Assembly (NCBI GenBank): GCA_002712885.1
Contig: PAUN01000021.1
Span: 45,804 to 109,803, forward strand
Direction: 5' to 3'
Source of the DNA: Acidobacteriota bacterium
GTDB taxonomy: Bacteria > Acidobacteriota > Vicinamibacteria > Vicinamibacterales > UBA8438
Length of the DNA: 64,000 bases
The translations under genes and the position numbers were made by a program. Positions 9,422-17,803 of this stretch are shown here, one piece after another. Numbering within the stretch: the stretch's first letter is position 1; each line of letters starts with the position of its first letter. Under the pieces are notes generated by a model, which saw only the letters and a program-made list of their open reading frames with translations, had not been told where the DNA came from and made no database searches.

Positions 9422-10237
9422 GTGCGGACTCGGCAAGCTATTTCCTTGTGTCGCGGAGCCTTGGCGCCAGCCCTCTGGCTCATCGCCGGACTGCTGGTCG
9501 CCGCGCCTGAAGCGGCCGCGCAGATCGCCCCGACCCACCGCATCGTCGCGCGATTCGAGTCCGGATGGCGGCCAGCATCACGGACCTTCGCCGGCACGCG
9601 ATTGTTCACGGCCAATGTGGAGCAGGGGCAATTCGAAGCGGACTACGAGCTCAAGGACGGCGGCGTCGTCGATGGGGGCATCTCATTCCTCCTGTGGCGC
9701 AACCTCGGGATCGGGCTCGACGTGTCCCATTTCCGCACCATCCACGAAGCCCGAATCACCTCCGAAGTGCCGCACCCGTTCTTCTACGATCTGCCACGGA
9801 CGACGACGGGCCGCGCCGGTGGTCTCGAGCGCCAGGAACTGGGCATCCACATCCGCGCGCTCTGGGTGTCTCAGTTCGCTGACTGGCTGGTCGTCTCCGT
9901 CTCAGCCGGTCCCAGCATCATCAGTGCAAAGCAGGACCTGGTCACGGCGGTTCAGCACACCGAGGTGGGGTTTCCGTTCAGCGACCTCATCTTCTCCGGC
10001 CAAACGGTGAGCGCGCAGTCGGAAACGACCACGGGCCTCAACGGCGGCGTCGAAATCGACTCGTTCTTCCTCCACCGACTCCCGTTCCTTCGCAGGTTCG
10101 CCGTGATGGAGCATATCGGCGTGGGTCTGCTGGCACGGTACGTTCGCGGCGTGGTCATGCTTCAAGTCGACGGACAACCGATCGAGATAGACCTCGGAGG
10201 AATGCAGATTACCAGCGGCGTGCGCTTCCGGTTCTAA
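9422..10237 (+). CDS. putative outer-membrane beta-barrel protein
   Basis: Signal peptide (LWLIAGLLVAAPEAAAQ), alternating-hydrophobic strand pattern, C-terminal GVRFRF ending in Phe, and AGGAG 8 nt upstream of GTG 9422. Confidence 0.6.
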   Translation: MRTRQAISLCRGALAPALWLIAGLLVAAPEAAAQIAPTHRIVARFESGWRPASRTFAGTRLFTANVEQGQFEADYELKDGGVVDGGISFLLWRNLGIGLDVSHFRTIHEARITSEVPHPFFYDLPRTTTGRAGGLERQELGIHIRALWVSQFADWLVVSVSAGPSIISAKQDLVTAVQHTEVGFPFSDLIFSGQTVSAQSETTTGLNGGVEIDSFFLHRLPFLRRFAVMEHIGVGLLARYVRGVVMLQVDGQPIEIDLGGMQITSGVRFRF

Positions 10238-10342
10238 GGTTTTCTGACGAGGCGTCCGTCTGGCGGCGTTGCTTCGTCGGTCACAGCCCACCTGGCTGCT
10301 CCCTCCTCACGCCTGACCAGACAGACGTCTCGTCAGAAAACC
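10238..10342 (+). repeat. A-type ~105-bp palindromic intergenic repeat, full copy A3 (opposite genomic orientation to A2/A4)
   Basis: GGTTTTCTGACGAGGCGTCCGTCTGGCGGCGTTGCTTCGTCGGTCACAGCCCACCTGGCTG...CCAGACAGACGTCTCGTCAGAAAACC. It starts at the base immediately after the TAA stop at 10235-10237. Confidence 0.85.
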
Positions 10343-10492
10343 CCCGCGGACGTTTTGCGGCATTGCCAGCCCGTGGACGTCCAGCCTCGAGCACCAACTG
10401 GGCGTCGGCAATGTCGTGTCGTCATGCGTGTTCTCGGAAGACGACGCCACGCACCGGCAACCACCGCGCAGCGCCCACCGACACGTGCTTGC

Positions 10493-11404
10493 CTACCTCG
10501 CCAGGAGTTCGATCAGCGACAACGGGTCGACTCGGGCGCCGTTCAGACGCAGGGTCCAATGCAGATGCGGGCCGGTCACGCGACCGGTCGCGCCAGCCTG
10601 ACCGACGGTCTGGCCTGGTTCGACCAGGTCTCCCTTGTCGACCAAGATCTTCGAGAGGTGGGCAAAGTAGGAATACAGCCCCCAACCATGATCGAGGATG
10701 ACCGAACCACCGGAAAAGTAGGTGTCGCCGGTCAGCACCACCCGGCCCACGTTCGGCGCGACAACCGGCGTGCCCTCGGCCGCCCGGAAGTCGGCGCCGC
10801 TGTGGGGACTCCGCGGTTGGCCGTTGAACACGCTGCGGCTGCCGAACGCGCTGGTGGCGCGTCCCGGCACCGGGGTGCCCCAGGGGCCACGCCACAGGCG
10901 TGCGTCCGAGGCATCGGCGAAGATGGCCTGCTGCTCTTGGGACTCGCGCGCGATCCGAGCGCTGACGTCGGGGGGCGGTTCGACATATCGCGGCGCCACG
11001 GTGAGTTGCCGCGTCGGATACGCCTTGTCCTCGACCACGAGCGGGTAGTCGCGCTCGACCGGAGTACCAGCGACCGGCGTGATCTGCAGGGCCAAGTCGT
11101 AGGACCCGGGCTCGACCAGTAGATCGACGCCAACCAGACCCTCCCAGGACGTATCGTCGGCCTGATAGAAACGCACGATCACGCCAAACACGGCGCCCCG
11201 AATATCGGACACCGGCACCGACGGCACGACCCTGACGAGTACCGCTTCGCCCGGGAACACCCCGCGTGCTTGATGGGTAATCTCAGCCCTGAACGACTGG
11301 GCCGCGGCCGGGGTCGGGAGCCAGAGCAACGCGAACGCCACCGTCCTGATCAGGGCACTCCACACCGCAGGGCGGAAGGCCGCATGACTCGGACGGGGTG
11401 GCAT
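10493..11404 (-). CDS. M23 family metallopeptidase (LytM/lysostaphin-like)
   Basis: HSGADFRAAEGTPVVA, GGSVILDHGWGLYSYFAHLS and GATGRVTGPHLHW match the HxxxD...HxH M23 signature. Start moved to MPPRPSH (11404), which precedes a signal-like segment. Confidence 0.85.
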   Translation of the reverse strand: MPPRPSHAAFRPAVWSALIRTVAFALLWLPTPAAAQSFRAEITHQARGVFPGEAVLVRVVPSVPVSDIRGAVFGVIVRFYQADDTSWEGLVGVDLLVEPGSYDLALQITPVAGTPVERDYPLVVEDKAYPTRQLTVAPRYVEPPPDVSARIARESQEQQAIFADASDARLWRGPWGTPVPGRATSAFGSRSVFNGQPRSPHSGADFRAAEGTPVVAPNVGRVVLTGDTYFSGGSVILDHGWGLYSYFAHLSKILVDKGDLVEPGQTVGQAGATGRVTGPHLHWTLRLNGARVDPLSLIELLAR

Positions 11405-11457
11405 CGGATGCGTGAACACGGAACTACTCCAAGCGACGAGTGGTGTATCGCTCCGCG

Positions 11458-12945
11458 TTAGCCGCCGAACAGCGTCAGGTCGAACACGCGGGCCATGATG
11501 AGAATGATCGTCAAGCCGGTAAACACCGCCAGACTCAGCCAACTGAACCAGATGACCGGCTTCGACGGATAGAACGCCGTGTCCGTTTTCGGAATCACGG
11601 TGAGGCAGTAGTACAAGTTGAGAAAAAAAATAATGGGCGCGATAAAGAACGCCAGCGCCGACGATACCAGCACCAGGAACACCGGCCGCGGCACCCCCGC
11701 AATGATCAGCGTGGCGGCGATCAACGAGTAGAACATCGTGATCCGGTAAATGTTGTACTCGGACGACGCCGTTCCCCGGTGCGCCGTGGTCAACTCGTGC
11801 GCCGCGATGCCGGGCAACGCCGCGGTCGTCCGGAAGAGGTTACGACAACAGGCCGCGACCACTCTGGGCCACCCATCGAAGTAGTTGAACGCGGTGGAGA
11901 ACGTGGCCGCGAACGCCCCACCCAGAAACACGAACATCATCCCAGGGCCCACACTGTCGGTGAAGATGCGCGCGATCTCGCCAATGACACCGGTGCCCGA
12001 CACGTCGCTTGGATAGAGCCACACGGCCGCCAACAGCACAAAGATAGTCGCCAACAAGAATGACACGATGTGGCCAAGCGTGAAGTCGAGAATACCGATG
12101 CGGAACCAGCGCCGGCAGTATTCCTGCGCGTGCGCGGGCAGCTTCGACACGTCGACACTCAGATCGGACTTGGTCGAGCTGAACGCATCGAAGGGGCGCG
12201 CCAGACCCTGCTTTTCAAGCTCCTCACGAATCCGCCCCATGCCGACCCGTTTCGCTTTCCCCCACTCAGAAGCCTGGAGCGAAACGTCCATACCAGTCGG
12301 CAGCAGTCCTAGAAAAGCGGCAATGATCAGCCATGACCCGCCCGGGATCTGCACCCTGAAGAATTCTCCCATCGCCGACAGCGGCGCCGGCTCGACGGCG
12401 TAGACCCCGACGGTCGAGACGAACAAGATACCGGCCAGTATCTTGGTAGACAGCTCGACGATGGCGTAGCGACCGTACAGGATGATGGTCACCGCCAGGG
12501 CGCCCAGCCCGAGTCCATACACCCAACTCGACAAACCGAGTCCGAGATACTCGGAAAACACGAAAAACAGGACCGCCGCGGCCGCCGCCAGCCGGCCAGC
12601 CTGACCCAGCGCGCACTGAATCAGCGTCGTGACGAGGACGTACCAGACCGGCCATTTACCGGGCGCGGTGGAGTAGGCGTCGAGCATGCTCCGACCGGTC
12701 GCGTTTGTGAACCGGAACGCCATCTCGAAGCCGTAGTACTTGAAGATATAGGCGACCGGGATACACCAGAGCAACGCGTACCCGAACCGTCCACCCGCCG
12801 CGGGCGCGGTCACCAGGTGGCTCGTGCCGATACCCGTCATCATCAGAATGAGACCCGGACCAAAGTGGCGGAGCATACCGCGAGGACTGGTTTCCGGCAG
12901 CGGAAGCGAGTTGAATCCGTCTGACTTGTCCGACATGCGCGTCAT
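11458..12945 (-). CDS. Nramp-superfamily polytopic membrane transporter (putative divalent-cation transporter)
   Basis: About 11-12 hydrophobic segments. The N-terminal FGPGLILMMTGIGTSHL resembles Nramp TM1, but the canonical DPGN is not present. Start at ATG 12945 or 12936. Confidence 0.6.
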   Translation of the reverse strand: MTRMSDKSDGFNSLPLPETSPRGMLRHFGPGLILMMTGIGTSHLVTAPAAGGRFGYALLWCIPVAYIFKYYGFEMAFRFTNATGRSMLDAYSTAPGKWPVWYVLVTTLIQCALGQAGRLAAAAAVLFFVFSEYLGLGLSSWVYGLGLGALAVTIILYGRYAIVELSTKILAGILFVSTVGVYAVEPAPLSAMGEFFRVQIPGGSWLIIAAFLGLLPTGMDVSLQASEWGKAKRVGMGRIREELEKQGLARPFDAFSSTKSDLSVDVSKLPAHAQEYCRRWFRIGILDFTLGHIVSFLLATIFVLLAAVWLYPSDVSGTGVIGEIARIFTDSVGPGMMFVFLGGAFAATFSTAFNYFDGWPRVVAACCRNLFRTTAALPGIAAHELTTAHRGTASSEYNIYRITMFYSLIAATLIIAGVPRPVFLVLVSSALAFFIAPIIFFLNLYYCLTVIPKTDTAFYPSKPVIWFSWLSLAVFTGLTIILIMARVFDLTLFGG

Positions 12946-13100
12946 CCTACCAGAGTCGGAAGCACGATCCGGAATCGCGAGCGAGATGTCTGAGATTGAG
13001 ATCGAGTGGCGGGGCCGCACGGTCGATCCGGCGGGACGGAGGCGGTAAGATGGCTCCGAAGCTCCGGGGCGCGGACTCGCGTCGGAGCCGGGAGGACGCC

Positions 13101-14798
13101 ATGCGCGAACACCGACATTCCAACCGAACGGGCGGTCGCACCGCGAGCCGCTCGGTGGCCGCGGTGCTGATCATATTCATGATCGGGTGCGCGTCATCGA
13201 TCACCCGAGATACCGAACCGGGGCGCGACGCGGCGGGCAACATGGGAGCAGTCACCGCCGGTCCCCCGCTCGCGGCGGAAGCCGGTCTGGCCGTCTTACA
13301 GTCCGGCGGACTGGCGATGGATGCCGCGATCACCGCCGCCGCCGTGCTCGCGGTCGCCCGCCCGCACATGAACGGGATCGGCGGCGACATGTTCCTGCTC
13401 TATCACGACTCGGCCACAAGGCTCACCTATGCGCTCAACGGCTCGGGCAAGTCGGGTAGCGCGAAAACCCTCGAGGAACTGAAGGCGGACGGCCTGGACC
13501 ACATGCCGAGTTCCGGTCCACTGAGCGTCTCGGTGCCAGGTGCGGTCGGCGCCTGGTCTGAAGCGTTGCGCCGCTTCGGAACCATCTCGTTTGCCGAGGC
13601 CCTGGAACCGGCGGCCAGACTCGCGCAGGCCGGTCTGCCAGTATCTGAACGACTGGCGTCGGACATCGCTGGTGCGGAAGCCAAGCTCCGAGAGGAGCCG
13701 GAGGCGGCGCGGATTTTTCTCCCTGGTGGACGCCCGCCTCAGCCCGGTGATGTCCTGGCTCGACCCGACCTGGCGCAGACCCTGCTGACGCTCCAGGAAA
13801 AAGGCGCCGCGGAACTGTACGACGGGGCGCTGGGTCGCAAGGTCGTCCGTTTCATCCAGGACCGAGGCGGTCTGGTCAGGCCGAACGACATGACCATGTA
13901 CATGCCTGAGTGGACGCAGCCGATCAGCGCCCGTTACCAGGGGTTCGAAGTGCAGGTCGTCCCCCCGAACAGCCAGGGGGTCACGCTCCTCGAAGAACTC
14001 GCGATGTTGCAGCACCACGACCTGGCCGCCCTCGGACATAACAGCCCGGACTATCTACACACCATCTCCGAGGCCATCAGACTGGCGTTCGTCGACCGCG
14101 ACCATGAGGTGGCTGACCCGCGCGCCATGCGTGTGACGACCGACGAACTGCTCGAGCCCGCTCGCATTCGGCAGCTCGCTGGTTCGATCAAACCCGGTGG
14201 CCGCGCGCCGTCGCTCGACGTGGCAACTAGTCCAGATCACCCGAACACCGTATACGTCATTGCCGTCGATCAGTACGGCAACGTGGTGTCGCTGATTCAG
14301 AGCCTGTTCGCCACCTTCGGCTCGGGGTTGGTCGTGCCCGAAACAGGCATCGTGCTCCAAAATCGTGGGTCGCTTTTCCGGTTCGAAGAAGACCACCCGA
14401 ACGTCTTCGCGCCGCGGCGCCGCCCGTTCCACACCCTGTGCCCCGTCATTGTGCTCAGTAACGATCTGCCCTGGCTCGCGGTCGGCACCCCGGGCGGCGA
14501 CGGCCAGACCCACACCCTCACCCAGGTCATCAACAACATCGCCGTGTTCGGCATGACGCCCCAGGAGGCGATTGACGCCCCGCGGCTCCGCCGTCTGAAC
14601 GACGGGTCATTGGCGATCGAGGCAGCCGTGCCCCAGGAGGTCCGCGACGCCCTCGCAGCTCGCGGCTACACGGTGCACGCCCGCAGCGGCCTCACCGCCG
14701 AATTCGGCGGCGCTCAGGCGGTGCTGGTCGACCAGATTTCCGGCCGCCGACGCGCCGGCGCTGACCGCCGACGCGAAGGCTGGGCGGTGGCGTACTAA
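13101..14798 (+). CDS. ggt: gamma-glutamyltransferase family protein (paralogue 1, lipoprotein)
   Basis: AGLAVLQSGGLAMDAAITAAAVLAVARPHMNGIGGDMF, NTVYVIAVDQYGNVVSL (Thr nucleophile region) and GTPGGDGQT are present. GGAGGA Shine-Dalgarno lies 6 nt before ATG 13101, and there is a lipobox FMIGCASS. Confidence 0.85.
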   Translation: MREHRHSNRTGGRTASRSVAAVLIIFMIGCASSITRDTEPGRDAAGNMGAVTAGPPLAAEAGLAVLQSGGLAMDAAITAAAVLAVARPHMNGIGGDMFLLYHDSATRLTYALNGSGKSGSAKTLEELKADGLDHMPSSGPLSVSVPGAVGAWSEALRRFGTISFAEALEPAARLAQAGLPVSERLASDIAGAEAKLREEPEAARIFLPGGRPPQPGDVLARPDLAQTLLTLQEKGAAELYDGALGRKVVRFIQDRGGLVRPNDMTMYMPEWTQPISARYQGFEVQVVPPNSQGVTLLEELAMLQHHDLAALGHNSPDYLHTISEAIRLAFVDRDHEVADPRAMRVTTDELLEPARIRQLAGSIKPGGRAPSLDVATSPDHPNTVYVIAVDQYGNVVSLIQSLFATFGSGLVVPETGIVLQNRGSLFRFEEDHPNVFAPRRRPFHTLCPVIVLSNDLPWLAVGTPGGDGQTHTLTQVINNIAVFGMTPQEAIDAPRLRRLNDGSLAIEAAVPQEVRDALAARGYTVHARSGLTAEFGGAQAVLVDQISGRRRAGADRRREGWAVAY

Positions 14799-15625
14799 TA
14801 CCCGGAGGTCTCGCCCGCTTTGACCGCCTCCTGAACCGGGGCTTGATACAGCACCCGGCCAACGAAAAAAGGCCCCATGTCCTGGATGTACTCGGAGGTC
14901 TGCACGGTGGGGCGCATATCCTTGACGAGCTTGGACAAAGGATAGAGCTCCGGGCCGATCAGGCCGATGACGAACTCGTTGTCGTCGCGGTCGAGGCCGT
15001 GGCACTCGAGTCGGATGTCGACCGCGAGGCCCAAGCTGCCGTAGCCGCGGCCGACCGTCCCGTGCTCCATGAGGATGCGGCCCTGTTCGCCCCGTGGTAG
15101 GCGGTTGAACGCGCCGATCCGACGGAGCGGATACCAGATGCCCCATGGGTAGTCTGGGTTCAGAGCATGCCGCCGCACTTTGCGCAGCAGGAAGTCCGTC
15201 AGGTCGGGCTCACGACCACCGGCATAGGTCCGACCGATCATCGTGAAGTCGGGCAACGGGGTGAGCTCGGCGAAGGCCGGCCCGGTGAGCAACGCCCGAC
15301 CAGCGTCTGCGAACAGGTTCGGATCCTCCGACATCAGCACCACGCCGACGCCGCGTGGATCGTTGAGATTGGCGTAGACCACGGCTTCGAGCTCGCTGTC
15401 TCGTACGGCCGAGACCACCGCACCGGTATCGAGACAGTCGGTAAAGACGTGCAGTTGCACGAACAAACGCGTGTCGAGGGTCTGCGGTTCGCCGCGCACA
15501 GTCGCACCATGTTCGACCAGGTCTGGCACGAACGTCTCCATCGTGGATGGAGGACGACCGCCGTGGGTGGGAGGAGCCGGAGGAGCGTCGATCTTCTCAG
15601 TCATCGTGTCGGTGATGTCCTTCAC
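14795..15625 (-). CDS. chlorite dismutase family protein (HemQ / Cld-like)
   Basis: Ferredoxin-like duplicated fold pattern and GEQGRILMEHGTVGRGY (MxEH region), typical of the Cld/HemQ family. Its TAG overlaps the TAA of the convergent ggt (CTAA at 14795-14798). Confidence 0.7.
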   Translation of the reverse strand: MKDITDTMTEKIDAPPAPPTHGGRPPSTMETFVPDLVEHGATVRGEPQTLDTRLFVQLHVFTDCLDTGAVVSAVRDSELEAVVYANLNDPRGVGVVLMSEDPNLFADAGRALLTGPAFAELTPLPDFTMIGRTYAGGREPDLTDFLLRKVRRHALNPDYPWGIWYPLRRIGAFNRLPRGEQGRILMEHGTVGRGYGSLGLAVDIRLECHGLDRDDNEFVIGLIGPELYPLSKLVKDMRPTVQTSEYIQDMGPFFVGRVLYQAPVQEAVKAGETSGY

Positions 15626-15779
15626 AAACGTGGGGCGACCATTCTACCCGAGTCGGCGTCCTACTCCGTGGCGCCGGAACCTAGCTGGTGTGGGTTCTGC
15701 GCCGGGTCACGCCGCCTGACACCGGCGGGCTCCCCGATTGCCGACGTCGGTTCCCAATGGTAGTGTCGATGTGACGCGC

Positions 15780-16184
15780 ATGCGTATTCACCTGATCACC
15801 TTCGGAACGACCATGCTGCTCGTATCAGCAGTGGGGCTGATTCTGCCGACCGTCAGCGCCGCGCAGGATCTCGCCGTGGCAACGGCGGGGGGCGGGGACT
15901 CCGCCGAACCGGTTGTGTCGCTGAACCTCGCCCGCGTGAAACGCGGGCTGGCACTGTTGCGGGAACGCGAAGGGTCCGGGTCGCTGTTGCGTCTCGAGTA
16001 CCGGCTGTCGGTCTACGGTGTCGCACCGGAGATCGAACTACTGCAAGGATTCGACACCCAGCACGGCGCGGTGCCATTCGGCGGACCGACCCACGCCGAC
16101 TTCATCGACATGTGGGAGCCGAAGGAGTTCAAGGCCCCGACCATTCCACTGATGCCCCTCCTTCGATGGACGTTCGGACGGTAG
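15780..16184 (+). CDS. small secreted hypothetical protein
   Basis: ATG 15780 gives MRIHLITFGTTMLLVSAVGLILPTVSAAQD, a signal peptide. No recognisable domain. Confidence 0.45.
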   Translation: MRIHLITFGTTMLLVSAVGLILPTVSAAQDLAVATAGGGDSAEPVVSLNLARVKRGLALLREREGSGSLLRLEYRLSVYGVAPEIELLQGFDTQHGAVPFGGPTHADFIDMWEPKEFKAPTIPLMPLLRWTFGR

Positions 16185-16417
16185 CGGCCAGAAGACCATC
16201 TTGCGACGCTCTGGTCACGGTAGACTTGTAATTTGGCCCCGGGCGACGGAAAATTGTCGTTCTGTGAAGCGGCAACGCCAGTGTGAGCCCTCCAGAATCT
16301 TCGTAACACCTTGATACACATACATTTCAGCCACGCATCGGGCGTGGCCACGGCAACGCGCCGCGCGCCGGCGAGAGGTTCGTCACGCACCGGCCCTTTC
16401 GGAGCAGAGGTGGCAGA

Positions 16418-17494
16418 ATGTCTACAGGGTTGAGTGTGTCCGGGGTAGATGGAATTATCGGCGTCCTGGGTGACGACGCCGCACTGCTCGCTCATGAGTG
16501 TCACACAATTCCCGCATCGAGCCTGCACCTGCCGGCTCCAGACTTCATCGACCGTTGTGTCGCCCAGTCCGACCGGCCGGCCCGGGTCCTCACGAGCTTG
16601 AGCGCGATGTTCGGATCTGGACGACTCGCGAACACCGGCTATCTGTCCATCCTCCCCGTCGACCAGGGTATCGAACATTCCGCCGGCGCCTCGTTCGCAC
16701 CCAACCCCGCGTACTTTGACCCATCGAACATCGCCAAGCTGGCGCTGGAGGGCGGATGCAACGCCGTAGCGTCCACGCTGGGCGTGCTGGGTGCGGTGTC
16801 GCGGCAGTACGCGCACAAAATTCCGTTCATCATGAAGTTCAATCACAATGAGTTCATCTCGTACCCGAACTCGTTCGACCAGATCCGCTTCGCCAGCGTC
16901 GAGCAGGCGTTCGACATGGGTGCCATGGGTGTCGGGGCCACCGTCTATTTCGGGTCGGAGGAATCGAAACGGCAACTGGTGGAGGTGTCGGAACTGTTCC
17001 AACAGGCGCATGAACTCGGTATGTTCACCGTGCTGTGGTGCTATCTCCGCAACTCGGCCTTCAAGACGTCGGAGACCGACTATCACACCGCGGCCGACAT
17101 GACCGGACAGGCGAACCACCTGGGCGTGACCATCCAGGCCGACATCATCAAGCAGAAGCTGCCGGACACCAACGGGGGCTTCAACGCCCTCACATTCGGC
17201 AAGACTCACAAGGCCGTGTACTCAAACCTGACCACCGACCACCCCATCGATCTCACGCGCTATCAGGTGGCCAACTGCTACATGGGCCGAGCCGGGCTCA
17301 TCAACTCCGGCGGCGCCTCGGGCGGCGAAAGCGACCTAAAGGAAGCGGTGAAGACGGCGGTCATCAACAAGCGCGCCGGGGGCACCGGTCTCATCTCGGG
17401 CCGCAAAGCGTTCCAACGTCCAATGGCCGACGGCATTGCCTTACTGAACTCGATTCAGAACGTCTATCTGGCCGACGGCGTCACGATTGCGTAG
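16418..17494 (+). CDS. fbaB: class I fructose-bisphosphate aldolase (FbaB/DhnA type)
   Basis: [39 protein letters not shown] (Schiff-base Lys region) and [12 protein letters not shown] are present. The 358-aa length matches E. coli FbaB. Confidence 0.85.
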   Translation: MSTGLSVSGVDGIIGVLGDDAALLAHECHTIPASSLHLPAPDFIDRCVAQSDRPARVLTSLSAMFGSGRLANTGYLSILPVDQGIEHSAGASFAPNPAYFDPSNIAKLALEGGCNAVASTLGVLGAVSRQYAHKIPFIMKFNHNEFISYPNSFDQIRFASVEQAFDMGAMGVGATVYFGSEESKRQLVEVSELFQQAHELGMFTVLWCYLRNSAFKTSETDYHTAADMTGQANHLGVTIQADIIKQKLPDTNGGFNALTFGKTHKAVYSNLTTDHPIDLTRYQVANCYMGRAGLINSGGASGGESDLKEAVKTAVINKRAGGTGLISGRKAFQRPMADGIALLNSIQNVYLADGVTIA

Positions 17495-17747
17495 CGCTGT
17501 CCGGTTTGGTCCACAGCTCGAGGCGGATCGAGAGTAGAAAGTACTTCTTGCGCAGCGCGACCACGCGGTCGGAATAGCCCGCTTGCGGGATCTCACTCGA
17601 CCTGAGCTGGGCGCGCAAGTTGCGCAGTTCGTGGCGGTAGAGGTCATTTACGAACTCCTTCACCAGGGTTGGTGGTGTCTTGGGAACGGGTCGGAGGCCG
17701 AATCGCCCCAGTTCCTCCAATACCTTCGGATGGTACGTGTAGGCCAC
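17481..17747 (-). CDS. small hypothetical protein (88 aa)
   Basis: Protein-like, non-Arg-rich composition ([41 protein letters not shown]...). Convergent 14-nt overlap with the fbaB 3' end. Confidence 0.4.
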   Translation of the reverse strand: MAYTYHPKVLEELGRFGLRPVPKTPPTLVKEFVNDLYRHELRNLRAQLRSSEIPQAGYSDRVVALRKKYFLLSIRLELWTKPDSATQS

Positions 17748-17803
17748 AACGGGTGATTGTACCGTTGAGGCATACCTGAGCGGCAGCGTGGTACGCTACC
17801 ACC

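Noticed and set aside
11623-11630. A8/T8 homopolymer, unusual in this GC-rich DNA; considered as a slip-strand phase-variation site
   Set aside because: It simply encodes Ile-Phe-Phe within a transmembrane helix (PIIFFLN) of the transporter. The frame is intact and there is no evidence of variation.
16013-17209. 398-aa ORF on the minus strand
   Set aside because: It is entirely antisense to the well-supported fbaB gene. Its composition is Arg/Gly/Val-rich and low-complexity, typical of antisense frames in high-GC DNA, and it has no motif.
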